Of a DNA stretch of 64,000 bases, positions 40,666 through 49,809 are shown piece after piece (positions within the stretch are counted from its first letter, which is position 1; every line of letters starts with the position of its first letter). Location of the stretch: the NCBI GenBank assembly GCA_944380295.1, contig CALWHE010000008.1:6233-70232 (forward strand), read 5' to 3'. The stretch comes from an uncultured Christensenellaceae bacterium. GTDB lineage: Bacteria; Bacillota; Clostridia; Christensenellales; UBA3700. Under the pieces are notes generated by a model. It saw only the letters and a program-made list of their open reading frames with translations. It was not told where the DNA came from and did not search any database. A program made the position numbers and the translations under genes.

Positions 40666-41258
40666 TGAACGAAAAACTCAAAGATTCCGTATCGATGTAT
40701 TTCGACAGGCTCAGAGAATACGGTCTGCACGGCAACGGCGATTCCGTTTCCGTCCGTGCGGAAGGAGGTATGTATTTCGTGGACAACACGCGCGAGGTCA
40801 AATTTATCCCCGCGGGCAAGGCGGACGGAGAGGCGGCGCTGCATGAGGGCATATATGCCGCCACCGACGCGCAGGCGGTGGTGCACGCGCATCCCGATTA
40901 CGTCAACGCCGTATCCAAAGCGGGCGTGACCATACCCGCCGTGATAGACGACATGGCGCAGATAGTGGGTCCCACCTGCCGCACGGCAAATGACGCCGCG
41001 GCGGCGGCAAAAGAGCTGAAAAAGCGCAATTCCTGCCTGATAAAAGAAGACGGCGCCGTCACCACCGGCAGGACGCTGAACGAAGCGTTCACCTGCATGA
41101 TGGTGCTGCAAAAGGCGGCGATCTGCCTGGTGAGCGGCAGCGTGCTGGGCGGCAACGTGGTTATCAACGGCTTGGAAGCGCGCCTGATGAGGTTTGTCTA
41201 CAAGAAGAAATACAGCAAGATAAACACGGAAAACAATCTGGAAAGGGAGGGCAAATAA
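40662..41258 (+). CDS. Class II aldolase/adducin-family protein, degenerate
   Basis: EAALH..IY, VVHAHP present. NHG motif appears as EDG and the N-terminal GN motif is absent. Confidence 0.75.
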   Translation: MMNEKLKDSVSMYFDRLREYGLHGNGDSVSVRAEGGMYFVDNTREVKFIPAGKADGEAALHEGIYAATDAQAVVHAHPDYVNAVSKAGVTIPAVIDDMAQIVGPTCRTANDAAAAAKELKKRNSCLIKEDGAVTTGRTLNEAFTCMMVLQKAAICLVSGSVLGGNVVINGLEARLMRFVYKKKYSKINTENNLEREGK

Positions 41259-41921
41259 ATGAGCTGGAGCAAAGAAGAAGAACAGCGCCTGCGCCAAGTG
41301 GTAAAAGACAGCGGCGTAAAGCTCCTCAAAGAAAATCTGGTGCAGGGCACCTGGGGCAACATGGCGCAAAGACTGGACAAGGAATACATGCTGGTCACGC
41401 CCACCGGCTTGGACTATGAAGCCCTCACTCCCGAGGATATGCCCGTGGTGAGCATTGTCGATCCCAAAGTTTGGAGCAACGGCAAAAAGCCCACTTCCGA
41501 GCGCAAGATACACGCGTTTCTGATGCTCAATCGTCAGGAGATAAACGCAACCATCCACTCCCACCCTTATTACGGCTCCATTTTCGCCTCCGCGCGCAAA
41601 GAACTGCCCGAAGAGGTGATGACGGAAGAGGAGAAAAAGTTGCTGGGCGGCAGCGTGCGCGTGGGCGCTTACGGCTTGCCGGGCACCAAAAAGCTCAAAG
41701 AAGGCACGGTAAAAGCCATGGAAGGGCGCAACGCCTGCTTTATGGCAAACCACGGCGTGTTCTGCGCGGGCAAAGACATGGAAGAGGCTTTTGAGATAAT
41801 CCGTTGTCTGGAACGCGTGTGCAAGAGGTATATAGAGCAGCTCACCGTCAAAGCCACCGGCGCAAAGGAATACAGCGACGAGCTTTTGTTTGAATATTTT
41901 ATAGAAAAGTGCGGGAAGTGA
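41259..41921 (+). CDS. Class II aldolase (FucA/AraD-like)
   Basis: GTWGN, VTPTG, PTSERKIH, HSH, LPGT, MANHG: all zinc and phosphate motifs present. Confidence 0.9.
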   Translation: MSWSKEEEQRLRQVVKDSGVKLLKENLVQGTWGNMAQRLDKEYMLVTPTGLDYEALTPEDMPVVSIVDPKVWSNGKKPTSERKIHAFLMLNRQEINATIHSHPYYGSIFASARKELPEEVMTEEEKKLLGGSVRVGAYGLPGTKKLKEGTVKAMEGRNACFMANHGVFCAGKDMEEAFEIIRCLERVCKRYIEQLTVKATGAKEYSDELLFEYFIEKCGK

Positions 41922-42337
41922 TAGACCCGGAAAAGGCGGAGCGGCTCAATCCGCTGACGTTGGCGTTTGTGGGCGACAGCGTGCAGACTCTCTATGTCCG
42001 CACCCGCCTGGCGGCGCGTTCGGACGTGAAAAGCGGCGCGCTGCACGTGAGCGCGGCGGCGATAATAAACGCGTCCGCGCAGGCGAGGGCGGCGGAAGAG
42101 CTGCTGCCGCAGCTGCAAGGGGCGGAGGCGGACATATACCGCCGCGCCCGCAATGCCCGCACCGCGCACAAGGCGAAAAACGCCGACATCGCCGATTATC
42201 ACAAGGCAAGCGGGTTGGAGGCGGTGATAGGCTACCTCTATCTCACGGGCAACGATGAAAGACTGGAATATATTCTGAACGCCGCTTTTGCCGGCGGAAA
42301 AAAGGAGGACGCATGCCACAAGTCAAACCTCACGTAG
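41918..42337 (+). CDS. mrnC: Mini-ribonuclease III
   Basis: PLTLAFVGDSV, ASAQA, YRRARNA, YHKASGLEAVIGYLYL. Confidence 0.93.
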   Translation: MIDPEKAERLNPLTLAFVGDSVQTLYVRTRLAARSDVKSGALHVSAAAIINASAQARAAEELLPQLQGAEADIYRRARNARTAHKAKNADIADYHKASGLEAVIGYLYLTGNDERLEYILNAAFAGGKKEDACHKSNLT

Positions 42338-43065
42338 TTTTGCTCACATACACAAAAGATCCGGCGCAGACCATTGCCATGTCCGCCAAGTTGTGTTATT
42401 CGGACGCCACCATAGAAGATCTGAAAAGGGGCGTGGACGAGAGCGACGTGTCCAAGTTTTTGGCGCGCCTTGTCACCATGGGGCATCTTTCCCCCTTTGA
42501 ACACGCCTCATTCACCTTTGGCATAGAGGGCGTTTCGCGCAGTTTTCTGGCGCAGGTGACCAGGCACAGGATAGCCTCTTTTTCCGTCAAATCGCAGCGG
42601 TATGTTGACGCCAACAAGAGCGGAGAATTCAATTATGTGATCCCGCCGGCGATAAGTGCGCTGGGACGGGAGGCGGAAGAGGAATTCAAGGAGCAGATGA
42701 GCCTCATGCACGGGTGGTATTGCAAGTGGCAGGAAGCGCTGGGCGGAGCGTGCGAAAAGTCCAACGAGGACGCGCGCTTTGTGCTGCCCAACGCCGCGGA
42801 GACCAAGATGACCATGACCATGAACGTGCGCGAGCTGATGCACTTTTTCACCGTGCGCTGCTGCAACCGCGCGCAATGGGAGATCAGAGAAGTTGCCTGG
42901 CGCATGCTTGAAGAAGTGCTCAAAGTGGCGCCGGAACTTTTTGTCACGGCGGGACCTTCCTGCGTGCGCGGCGCGTGCGGCGAGGGCAAGATGACTTGCG
43001 GCAAACCGCTTGAAGTGCGGGCAAAGCGCGAGGAGCTGAACAAAAAGATCGCGGAGAACAAATAA
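42313..43065 (+). CDS. thyX: FAD-dependent thymidylate synthase
   Basis: GHLSPFEH, QVTRHRIASFSVKSQRY, EDARFVLPNA, RAQWEIR. Confidence 0.95.
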   Translation: MPQVKPHVVLLTYTKDPAQTIAMSAKLCYSDATIEDLKRGVDESDVSKFLARLVTMGHLSPFEHASFTFGIEGVSRSFLAQVTRHRIASFSVKSQRYVDANKSGEFNYVIPPAISALGREAEEEFKEQMSLMHGWYCKWQEALGGACEKSNEDARFVLPNAAETKMTMTMNVRELMHFFTVRCCNRAQWEIREVAWRMLEEVLKVAPELFVTAGPSCVRGACGEGKMTCGKPLEVRAKREELNKKIAENK

Positions 43066-43781
43066 TGTTGATAGAAGGAAAAAACGCCGTGCGCGAGCAT
43101 TTGAGCGCGGGGGGCACGCTTTCGCGCCTCTATGTGCAAAAGGGGCTGCACGGCGCGGAAGAGCTGGTGGAAAAGGCGAGAGCCGCCGGCGCGAGAGTGG
43201 TTTTTTGCGAGCGGCGCGAGCTGGACAAGCTGTGCGGCGCGGACAAGCACCGCGGCATTGCCGGCGTTGCCGACGAATACGCGTATTGCGAGGTGCGCGA
43301 CATCGTCAAGAGCGCGCGCGACAAGGGCGAAAAACTCTTTATGCTCATCTTGGACGGCATAGAAGATCCGCACAATCTGGGCAGCATCATCAGAGCGGCG
43401 GAGTGCGCGGGCGTGCACGGCATAGTCATACCTGGCAGGCGCGCGGTGGGCGTGAACGCCACGGTGATAAAGGTGTCTTCCGGGGCGGCGGCGCACATGA
43501 AGATAGCGCGCGTGACCAACGTCAACGACGTGATAAGAATGCTCAAAGAGGAATTTGTCACCGTGCTTTGCGCGGACATGGCGGGGCAGGACGTATACAA
43601 GACCGATCTCACGGGCGATCTGGCGCTGGTGATAGGCAGCGAGGGCTTCGGCGTGAAATCGCTCACGGCAAAGCTGTGCGACGCGGCGGTATCTCTGCCG
43701 CAGAAGGGCAAGATAAATTCGCTCAATGCGTCCGTTGCCTGCGGCGTGCTGTGTTATGAGGTGCTGAGGCAGAGAAGATGA
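43065..43781 (+). CDS. rlmB: 23S rRNA Gm2251 methyltransferase
   Basis: IEGKNAVRE, LDGIEDPHNLGSIIR, IGSEG, INSLNASVA. Confidence 0.92.
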   Translation: MLIEGKNAVREHLSAGGTLSRLYVQKGLHGAEELVEKARAAGARVVFCERRELDKLCGADKHRGIAGVADEYAYCEVRDIVKSARDKGEKLFMLILDGIEDPHNLGSIIRAAECAGVHGIVIPGRRAVGVNATVIKVSSGAAAHMKIARVTNVNDVIRMLKEEFVTVLCADMAGQDVYKTDLTGDLALVIGSEGFGVKSLTAKLCDAAVSLPQKGKINSLNASVACGVLCYEVLRQRR

Positions 43782-44320
43782 GCGAAAAGGAACTGCTGCG
43801 CCTGGCGGCGGAGGGTGACAGCCGCGCCATGGAAAGCCTGCTTACCGCATACATGGGCATGGTCAAGGCGCAGGCGCGCCGCTACTATATCGTGGGCGCC
43901 ACTTATGAAGACGCTTCGCAGGAAGGCATGATCGGGCTTTACAAGGCGATCAGCACATACAAAGAGGAAAAGGGCAAATTTTCCGCGTATGCATACGCCT
44001 GCGTGAAGGCGGCGATATTGGACGCGGTGAAGGCGGCGTCAAGAGAGAAAAACAGACCGCTGAACAATTACGTGCCGCTGGACAAAACGGAACTGGTGGC
44101 GGAAGAAGACCTCACGGAGGGCTTGGACGGCGGAGAGATAACGGAGAAGATATGCGCCTGTCTTTCACAGGCGGAGAGCAGGATATTCTCACTTTGGGCA
44201 GACGGCATGAGTTATGCCGAGATCGCGCAAGAGGTGAAAAAAAGCGTTAAATATGTGGATAACGCTTTGCAGCGTATCAGACGCAAGGCAAAAAAAGTCT
44301 TGGGCAGGGAGGAGCTATGA
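43778..44320 (+). CDS. sigH: RNA polymerase sigma-H factor
   Basis: QEGMIGLYKAI, R..N.PLN.YV.LD, GMSYAEIA, VDNALQRIRRK; canonical position after rlmB. Confidence 0.88.
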   Translation: MSEKELLRLAAEGDSRAMESLLTAYMGMVKAQARRYYIVGATYEDASQEGMIGLYKAISTYKEEKGKFSAYAYACVKAAILDAVKAASREKNRPLNNYVPLDKTELVAEEDLTEGLDGGEITEKICACLSQAESRIFSLWADGMSYAEIAQEVKKSVKYVDNALQRIRRKAKKVLGREEL

Positions 44321-45543
44321 AAAAAAAGACCGCAGCCGTTCTCACGGCGGTGCTGATAGCGGTGATAGCCGCGGCGGCAGTTTTGGGCGCGTGCACGAGC
44401 GCGACCGTGACGCTTGTATTGGACGGCGGCATTTATAACGGCAGCGACGAAAACGTGGTGCTGAGCGTGAGCGGCGGAGAACTGGATCTGGGCGAATATC
44501 TGCCGCAGAAAGACGGCGCGCAGATAAGCGGCTGGACGGATGAAGACGGCAACTTTTACGGCGCGCATTCCCTCATCACCGCCACGGACGGGCTTACGCT
44601 CACCGCGGTGTTCGAAGGCGTGCTCGAATATACGCGCGTAGACGGCGGTTACAGCGTTTCCGCCACGCCCGGCTTTAAGGGCGTGAACGTGGTGATACCC
44701 GCGCAGGTGGACGGCATAGACGTGGTGGAAGTGGCGGAAAACGCCTTCAAGGACTGCACTTCCGTTAAAACGCTGCTCATACCGGACAGCGTCAAGTCCA
44801 TCGGCAGGGGCGCGCTTGCCGGCTGCACTTCTTTGGAAAGTCTGATCACGCCTTTTGCCGGCGCAAGTGCGGATATCACCGATCAAAGCAACATGGGCAT
44901 GTCGTATGTCTTCGGGTCGTCCGGCGGATCGAGTTGGAGCGGTCATTATCCGGCGCTTACCGCCATTTCCGTGACGGACGCCGCCACGAGCATACCGCAG
45001 GGCGCCTTTGAAAACATGAAAAATTTGCAGACGGTCAATCTGGGCGCCAATATCACGAGCATCGGCGGCAGCGCCTTTTCCGGCTGCACTTCTTTGAAAA
45101 AGATAGTTCTGCCCGAAAAGTGCGTGAGCATAGGCGCATATGCTTTCCGTGGCTGCACGGCGGCGGAGATAACCGTCAACGGCGCGATAACACAGCTGGG
45201 AGGGAGTGCGTTTTTCTCCGCCGGAGTGATAAAGCAGATAACGCTGGGAGAAGGTTTGACGGTCATACCGCTCAATTGTTTTGTGGGCAGCGGACTGGAA
45301 AAGATAACCTTTTCTTCCACGGTGACCACGGTGCAGTCTTCCGCTTTCCGCGACTGCACGCGTTTGACGGACGTGACGGTGAGTTCCGCCGTGACGCTTA
45401 ATTCGAGCGCATTCAGCGGCTGCGGCAGGCTGGAAAACAGCGGGCTCCACTTCTCCGCCAACGGCAAATTCGTGCTTGCAGAGGGCGCGGAAAACGTCTT
45501 TGAGGGGACAAAAGTGGACACAGACGCGCTTTTTAACGCTTAA
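44317..45543 (+). CDS. BspA-type leucine-rich-repeat lipoprotein
   Basis: Lipobox LGAC; repeats AFKDCTSV..IPDSVKSIG, AFSGCTSL, AFRGC. Confidence 0.85.
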   Translation: MKKKTAAVLTAVLIAVIAAAAVLGACTSATVTLVLDGGIYNGSDENVVLSVSGGELDLGEYLPQKDGAQISGWTDEDGNFYGAHSLITATDGLTLTAVFEGVLEYTRVDGGYSVSATPGFKGVNVVIPAQVDGIDVVEVAENAFKDCTSVKTLLIPDSVKSIGRGALAGCTSLESLITPFAGASADITDQSNMGMSYVFGSSGGSSWSGHYPALTAISVTDAATSIPQGAFENMKNLQTVNLGANITSIGGSAFSGCTSLKKIVLPEKCVSIGAYAFRGCTAAEITVNGAITQLGGSAFFSAGVIKQITLGEGLTVIPLNCFVGSGLEKITFSSTVTTVQSSAFRDCTRLTDVTVSSAVTLNSSAFSGCGRLENSGLHFSANGKFVLAEGAENVFEGTKVDTDALFNA

Positions 45544-45574
45544 CGGCGGGAATTTATAAATACGGAGGAGATGT

Positions 45575-46792
45575 ATGAACGTATTTTACAAGATGTATTG
45601 CAGGACCTTTCAGGCGGTGCTCAAACAGCTCATCAAATTGATGCCCTGGCGCAAGCCGGAGCTGTTGCAGTTCGATAACGGCGCGGCGGGACTTGCCGCC
45701 TTCGTCAAGAGCAAGGGCATGGAGCGCGTGCTGGTGGTGACGGACGGCAACCTGATGAAGTTGGGGCTGTGCGCGCCCATGCTGGAAGCGATGGAAAAAG
45801 AAGGCGTCAAGGCTGCGGTGTTCGACAAGGTCGTCGCCAACCCCACCATAGACAACGTGGAAGAAGCGCTTGCGCTCTACAAGGAGAGCGGCGCGCAGGG
45901 CATCATCGCCTTCGGCGGCGGTTCGCCCATGGACTGCGCCAAGGGCGTGGGCGCGCGCGTGGCGCGTCCCAAAAAGAGCATTCCCAAGATGAAGGGCATT
46001 TTGAAAGTGGTCAAAAAAATGCCGCCCTTCTTCGCCATTCCCACCACTTCGGGCACGGGCAGTGAAACCACGCTGGCGGCGGTCATCACGGATACCACCG
46101 ATCCGCAGCGTCACCTCAAATATGCCATTCAGGACTTTCCGCTCATTCCCCATTACGCGGTGCTGGACGCTTCTCTGACGGCGGGTCTGCCGCAAAAGGT
46201 CACGTCCACCACGGGCATGGACGCGCTCTGCCACGCGGTGGAAGCTTATATCGGCAATTCCAACACCAAAGAGACCAAGCAAAAGGCGGAAGAAGCGGTC
46301 AAGCTCATCTTTACATATCTCAAACGCGCCTATGACAACGGCAAGGATATGGAAGCCAGACGGAACATGCAGACGGCGGCGTTCGACGCGGGCGTGGCGT
46401 TCACGCGCGCTTACGTGGGCAACGTGCACGCCATGGGTCACGCCATGGGCGCGCGCTTCAACACTCCCCACGGGCTTGCCATGGCGGTCATTCTGCCGCA
46501 CATGCTGGACTTTTACGGCGCCAAGATATACAAAAAGTTGGCAAAGCTGGCGGACGTCGTGGGTATAACGGGCGCGGACGATGAGGCAAAAGCCAAGGCG
46601 TTCATTCAGGCGATCAAGGATATGAACGCTTATATGCAGATACCGGAAAACTTCGGCGGCATCATCAAGGAAGAAGACGCCAAGATCATGAGCGAAGCCG
46701 CTTACAAAGAGGCGAATCCGCTCTATCCCGTCCCCGTGATGATGGGCAGAGAAGACTTTGTGAAAATGTATTTAGAGGTGCTTAACGGCTGA
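45575..46792 (+). CDS. Iron-containing alcohol dehydrogenase
   Basis: ANPT, FGGGSPMD, IPTTSGTGSE, GMDALCHAVE, VHAMGH, PHG. Confidence 0.93.
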   Translation: MNVFYKMYCRTFQAVLKQLIKLMPWRKPELLQFDNGAAGLAAFVKSKGMERVLVVTDGNLMKLGLCAPMLEAMEKEGVKAAVFDKVVANPTIDNVEEALALYKESGAQGIIAFGGGSPMDCAKGVGARVARPKKSIPKMKGILKVVKKMPPFFAIPTTSGTGSETTLAAVITDTTDPQRHLKYAIQDFPLIPHYAVLDASLTAGLPQKVTSTTGMDALCHAVEAYIGNSNTKETKQKAEEAVKLIFTYLKRAYDNGKDMEARRNMQTAAFDAGVAFTRAYVGNVHAMGHAMGARFNTPHGLAMAVILPHMLDFYGAKIYKKLAKLADVVGITGADDEAKAKAFIQAIKDMNAYMQIPENFGGIIKEEDAKIMSEAAYKEANPLYPVPVMMGREDFVKMYLEVLNG

Positions 46793-47595
46793 TGTATATA
46801 GCTGACGGACACACACATTGCGATCACTCCCATGACAGCTTCGTGCCGGCGCGGGAGATGATAGAAAACGCTTTGGCGCAGGGCGCGTCCTATATGGCGA
46901 TGACCGATCATTGCGATAAGGATTACGCCCTGATACCCGCCTTTGCCGACGTGCCGCAGATAGATCTGGAAAGGCATTTTGCCGAGAGCCGCGCGCTCAA
47001 AGCCGAATATGCGGGCAGGCTGGACATTGCCGTGGGACTGGAATGCGGCTATTATGCGCCCGCGGACAAGCTCTATGCGGATATTCTGCAAAAATACAAG
47101 ACGGACGTGGTGATAAATTCCGTGCATGTGGCGCATGAAGAGGATTGTTATTATCCGGAATACTTCACGCGCGGCAGGCGGGAGGCTTACGGCATATATC
47201 TGCAAGCGGTGGCAGACAGCGTGAAGGCGGAATTTCCTTACGACGTGATCGGACATATCGGCTATGTGGCGCGCAAAGCGCCCTTTCCCGACCGCGCGCT
47301 CAGATATGCGGAATTTCCCGACCTTTTGGACGAGATATTGCGCGGGATAATAGAGCGGGGCAAAGCGCTGGAAGTCAACGGCAGAGGCACGGGCATACCC
47401 TATATCCCGGAAGACGGCATTTTGCGCCGTTACAGGGAGTTGGGCGGGGAGCTTATCGCTTACGGCTCGGACGCGCATTATCCGCAGTTGCAGCTGATCC
47501 ACTTCAAGGAAGTGTGCGCGGGGCTTAAAGCGCTCGGCTTCAAATATCTTTTCCATTATCTGGAACACAAGCCGATCGCGGCGGAGATAGAGTGA
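46792..47595 (+). CDS. PHP-family phosphatase (HisJ/histidinol-phosphatase-like)
   Basis: DGHTH, TDH, GLE, NSVH, GH, EVN, GSDAH. Confidence 0.85.
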   Translation: MYIADGHTHCDHSHDSFVPAREMIENALAQGASYMAMTDHCDKDYALIPAFADVPQIDLERHFAESRALKAEYAGRLDIAVGLECGYYAPADKLYADILQKYKTDVVINSVHVAHEEDCYYPEYFTRGRREAYGIYLQAVADSVKAEFPYDVIGHIGYVARKAPFPDRALRYAEFPDLLDEILRGIIERGKALEVNGRGTGIPYIPEDGILRRYRELGGELIAYGSDAHYPQLQLIHFKEVCAGLKALGFKYLFHYLEHKPIAAEIE

Positions 47596-48296
47596 TGGCT
47601 TCACATTTGGGAAACAGTTGGGACGAGTTGCTGCGCGGACAGTTCGACAGCGAATACTTTGACAAACTGCGCGAATTTCTGCGCGCGGAATATGCCGCGC
47701 ACACCGTTTATCCGCCCAAAAAAGATATTCTCGCCGCCTTTGCCCACACCCCTTACGAAAACGTCAAGGTGGTCATCATCGGGCAGGACCCTTACATCGG
47801 AGAACGCCAGGCAAACGGCATGTGTTTTTCCGTGGGAGAGGGCGTCAAGTGCCCGCCTTCGCTGGTCAACATTTACAAAGCGTTGGAGTTCGATCTGGGC
47901 ATTCCGCCCACCGCAAGCGGAGATCTTTCCGGTTGGGCGGAACAGGGCGTTTTGCTGCTCAACGCCGTGCTCACCGTGCGCGCCGGCATGAGCGGTTCGC
48001 ATGCGGGCAGGGGCTGGGAGCGCTTTACCGACTTTGTCATCTCCCTGCTCAACAAGAGCGAAAGACCCGTCGTCTTCATGCTCTGGGGCGGTTACGCCAA
48101 GAAAAAGGGCGCGCTCATCACAGATCCCAAACATCTGATCTTAACTTCCGTGCACCCCTCGCCGCTTTCGTTCTATCAGGGCTTTTTGCAATGCCGCCAC
48201 TTTTCCCAAGCCAACGATTTTCTGATAAAAAACGGCAGGGAGCCGATCAGATGGGAGCTACGCTCCGCCAAAGAGCTCCGCGCCGGCAAGCGATAA
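47595..48296 (+). CDS. ung: Uracil-DNA glycosylase, family 1
   Basis: VKVVIIGQDPY, PPSL.NI, QGVLLLN, FMLWG, HPSPLS. Confidence 0.95.
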   Translation: MASHLGNSWDELLRGQFDSEYFDKLREFLRAEYAAHTVYPPKKDILAAFAHTPYENVKVVIIGQDPYIGERQANGMCFSVGEGVKCPPSLVNIYKALEFDLGIPPTASGDLSGWAEQGVLLLNAVLTVRAGMSGSHAGRGWERFTDFVISLLNKSERPVVFMLWGGYAKKKGALITDPKHLILTSVHPSPLSFYQGFLQCRHFSQANDFLIKNGREPIRWELRSAKELRAGKR

Positions 48297-48382
48297 GAGA
48301 ATAAAGGAGCGGCCGATTTGTCATCGCCGCTCTTTTGCGTTTATGCGCGCGTCTGCCGCGCCCTATTTGCGCCCGCCAAGAT

Positions 48383-49696
48383 TTATTTTCTCAATCCCTT
48401 GGGATAAAAATTTTTCAGCACTCCGTCCACAGTCTTGCCCCAACCGAGCGAAATGCCGTTTGTCGTGACCAAAGTCCAGCCGTTTTCAAGCGCGCAGGGC
48501 AGCGTTTCGCCGTGCAAAAAGGCGAGGCATTCTTTTTGGTCCGCCGGCAGGTCCAAAACGCGCAGCGCCTGCGCCGGTGCGAGCGCCATGGCAAGAGAGT
48601 GGTGGGGCACGAACCGACCCTTTTCCGCCGTGCCCAGGGGCAGACCGGGGCGCAGACATTTTATGCCGTCCAGAGCCGGCAGTCCGTCGGGCAGCATATA
48701 GAGCGCCTCTCCCGCCGTGTGGTCGCAACTCACGGCAAAGGGCGCGGCAAGCGCGTCCTGCGCCCACCGCTCAAAGAGGGACGCAAGTTTTTTGTCCGCC
48801 TTTTTCCGCTGCGTGCGATAGGGCGCGGCGGCGCCTTCCGCTTTTTTCAGCACGCACACAAAGTGACCTTCGCCTTTGAGTTTGTGCGGATAAAGGCGGC
48901 AGCCCACGCCGTTTATGCCGGGGACTATGCCGGGAACGCCGCTCAGCGCCGTTATCGGCGTGAGGGAAAATTCCGCATGTTCCGCCAAAAATTTTTCCAC
49001 GGCGCCTTCGTTTTCCTGCGGATCGAAGGTGCAGGTGGAATAAATTATCCTGCCGCCGGGCGCGGTGAGGCGCGCCGCGCTGCGCAGGATCTCCCGGTCG
49101 CGCCGCGCGCACATGGCGCAGTTTTCTCCGCTCCACTCTTCCACGGCTATCTCCCGCCGGCGGAACATGCCCTCGCCCGAGCAGGGCACGTCCGCTATCA
49201 CCGCGTCGAACACGGCGCCCCATTTGTCCGCCAGGACGGCGGGGCTTTCGCAGGTGACGGCGCAATTTTTCACGCCGCAGCGCTCCATGTTCTGCGCGAG
49301 TATCCTGGCGCGCGCGGGGACTATCTCGTTGGAAATGAGAAATTGCGGCGCAAAGCAGGCGGCGTGCGTGCTCTTTCCGCCGGGCGCGGCGCACAGATCC
49401 AGCACCTTTTCTCCCGGCTTTATCCGCGCCGCCGTCACCACCGCCATGGCGGACGGCTCCTGGATATAATAAGCGCCCGCCTCGTGCAGCGCGGACTTGC
49501 CGGGAGCGCCCGCGTAATACGCGCCCGTCCCGCACCAGGGCACGCGCTCAAAGCAGCACTCGGGCAGGGCGGCGGCTTTCAGGGTGTTGAGGCGCAGCGC
49601 AAGCGGAGAAGGCTTTTTGTAAGAAGCGGCAAAGTCTTCGTATTCTTCTCCCAGCAGAGAGCGCATGCGCGCGAGAAATTCTTCCGGCAAGTTCAT
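48383..49696 (-). CDS. RsmF/RsmB/NOL1-family RNA m5C methyltransferase
   Basis: YYIQEPSAM, VLDLCAAPGGKST, DVPCSGEGMFR, YSTCTF..ENE, C-terminal LKNFYPKGLR. Confidence 0.9.
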   Translation of the reverse strand: MNLPEEFLARMRSLLGEEYEDFAASYKKPSPLALRLNTLKAAALPECCFERVPWCGTGAYYAGAPGKSALHEAGAYYIQEPSAMAVVTAARIKPGEKVLDLCAAPGGKSTHAACFAPQFLISNEIVPARARILAQNMERCGVKNCAVTCESPAVLADKWGAVFDAVIADVPCSGEGMFRRREIAVEEWSGENCAMCARRDREILRSAARLTAPGGRIIYSTCTFDPQENEGAVEKFLAEHAEFSLTPITALSGVPGIVPGINGVGCRLYPHKLKGEGHFVCVLKKAEGAAAPYRTQRKKADKKLASLFERWAQDALAAPFAVSCDHTAGEALYMLPDGLPALDGIKCLRPGLPLGTAEKGRFVPHHSLAMALAPAQALRVLDLPADQKECLAFLHGETLPCALENGWTLVTTNGISLGWGKTVDGVLKNFYPKGLRK

Positions 49697-49809
49697 ACGG
49701 ATATTATAACGCGCACGCCGGCTTTTTGCAACCCGCGAGCGCGCGCGGAAAGGTTGACATATTTTGCGCGCGGCTTTATAATGGTCTTATCAATTTACAT
49801 GGGTGGCAT

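Noticed and set aside
47780-47830. UNG motif variant GQDPYI...QANG instead of GQDPYH...QAHG
   Set aside because: The catalytic Asp, the LLLN Asn and HPSP are intact, so this is likely tolerated variation.
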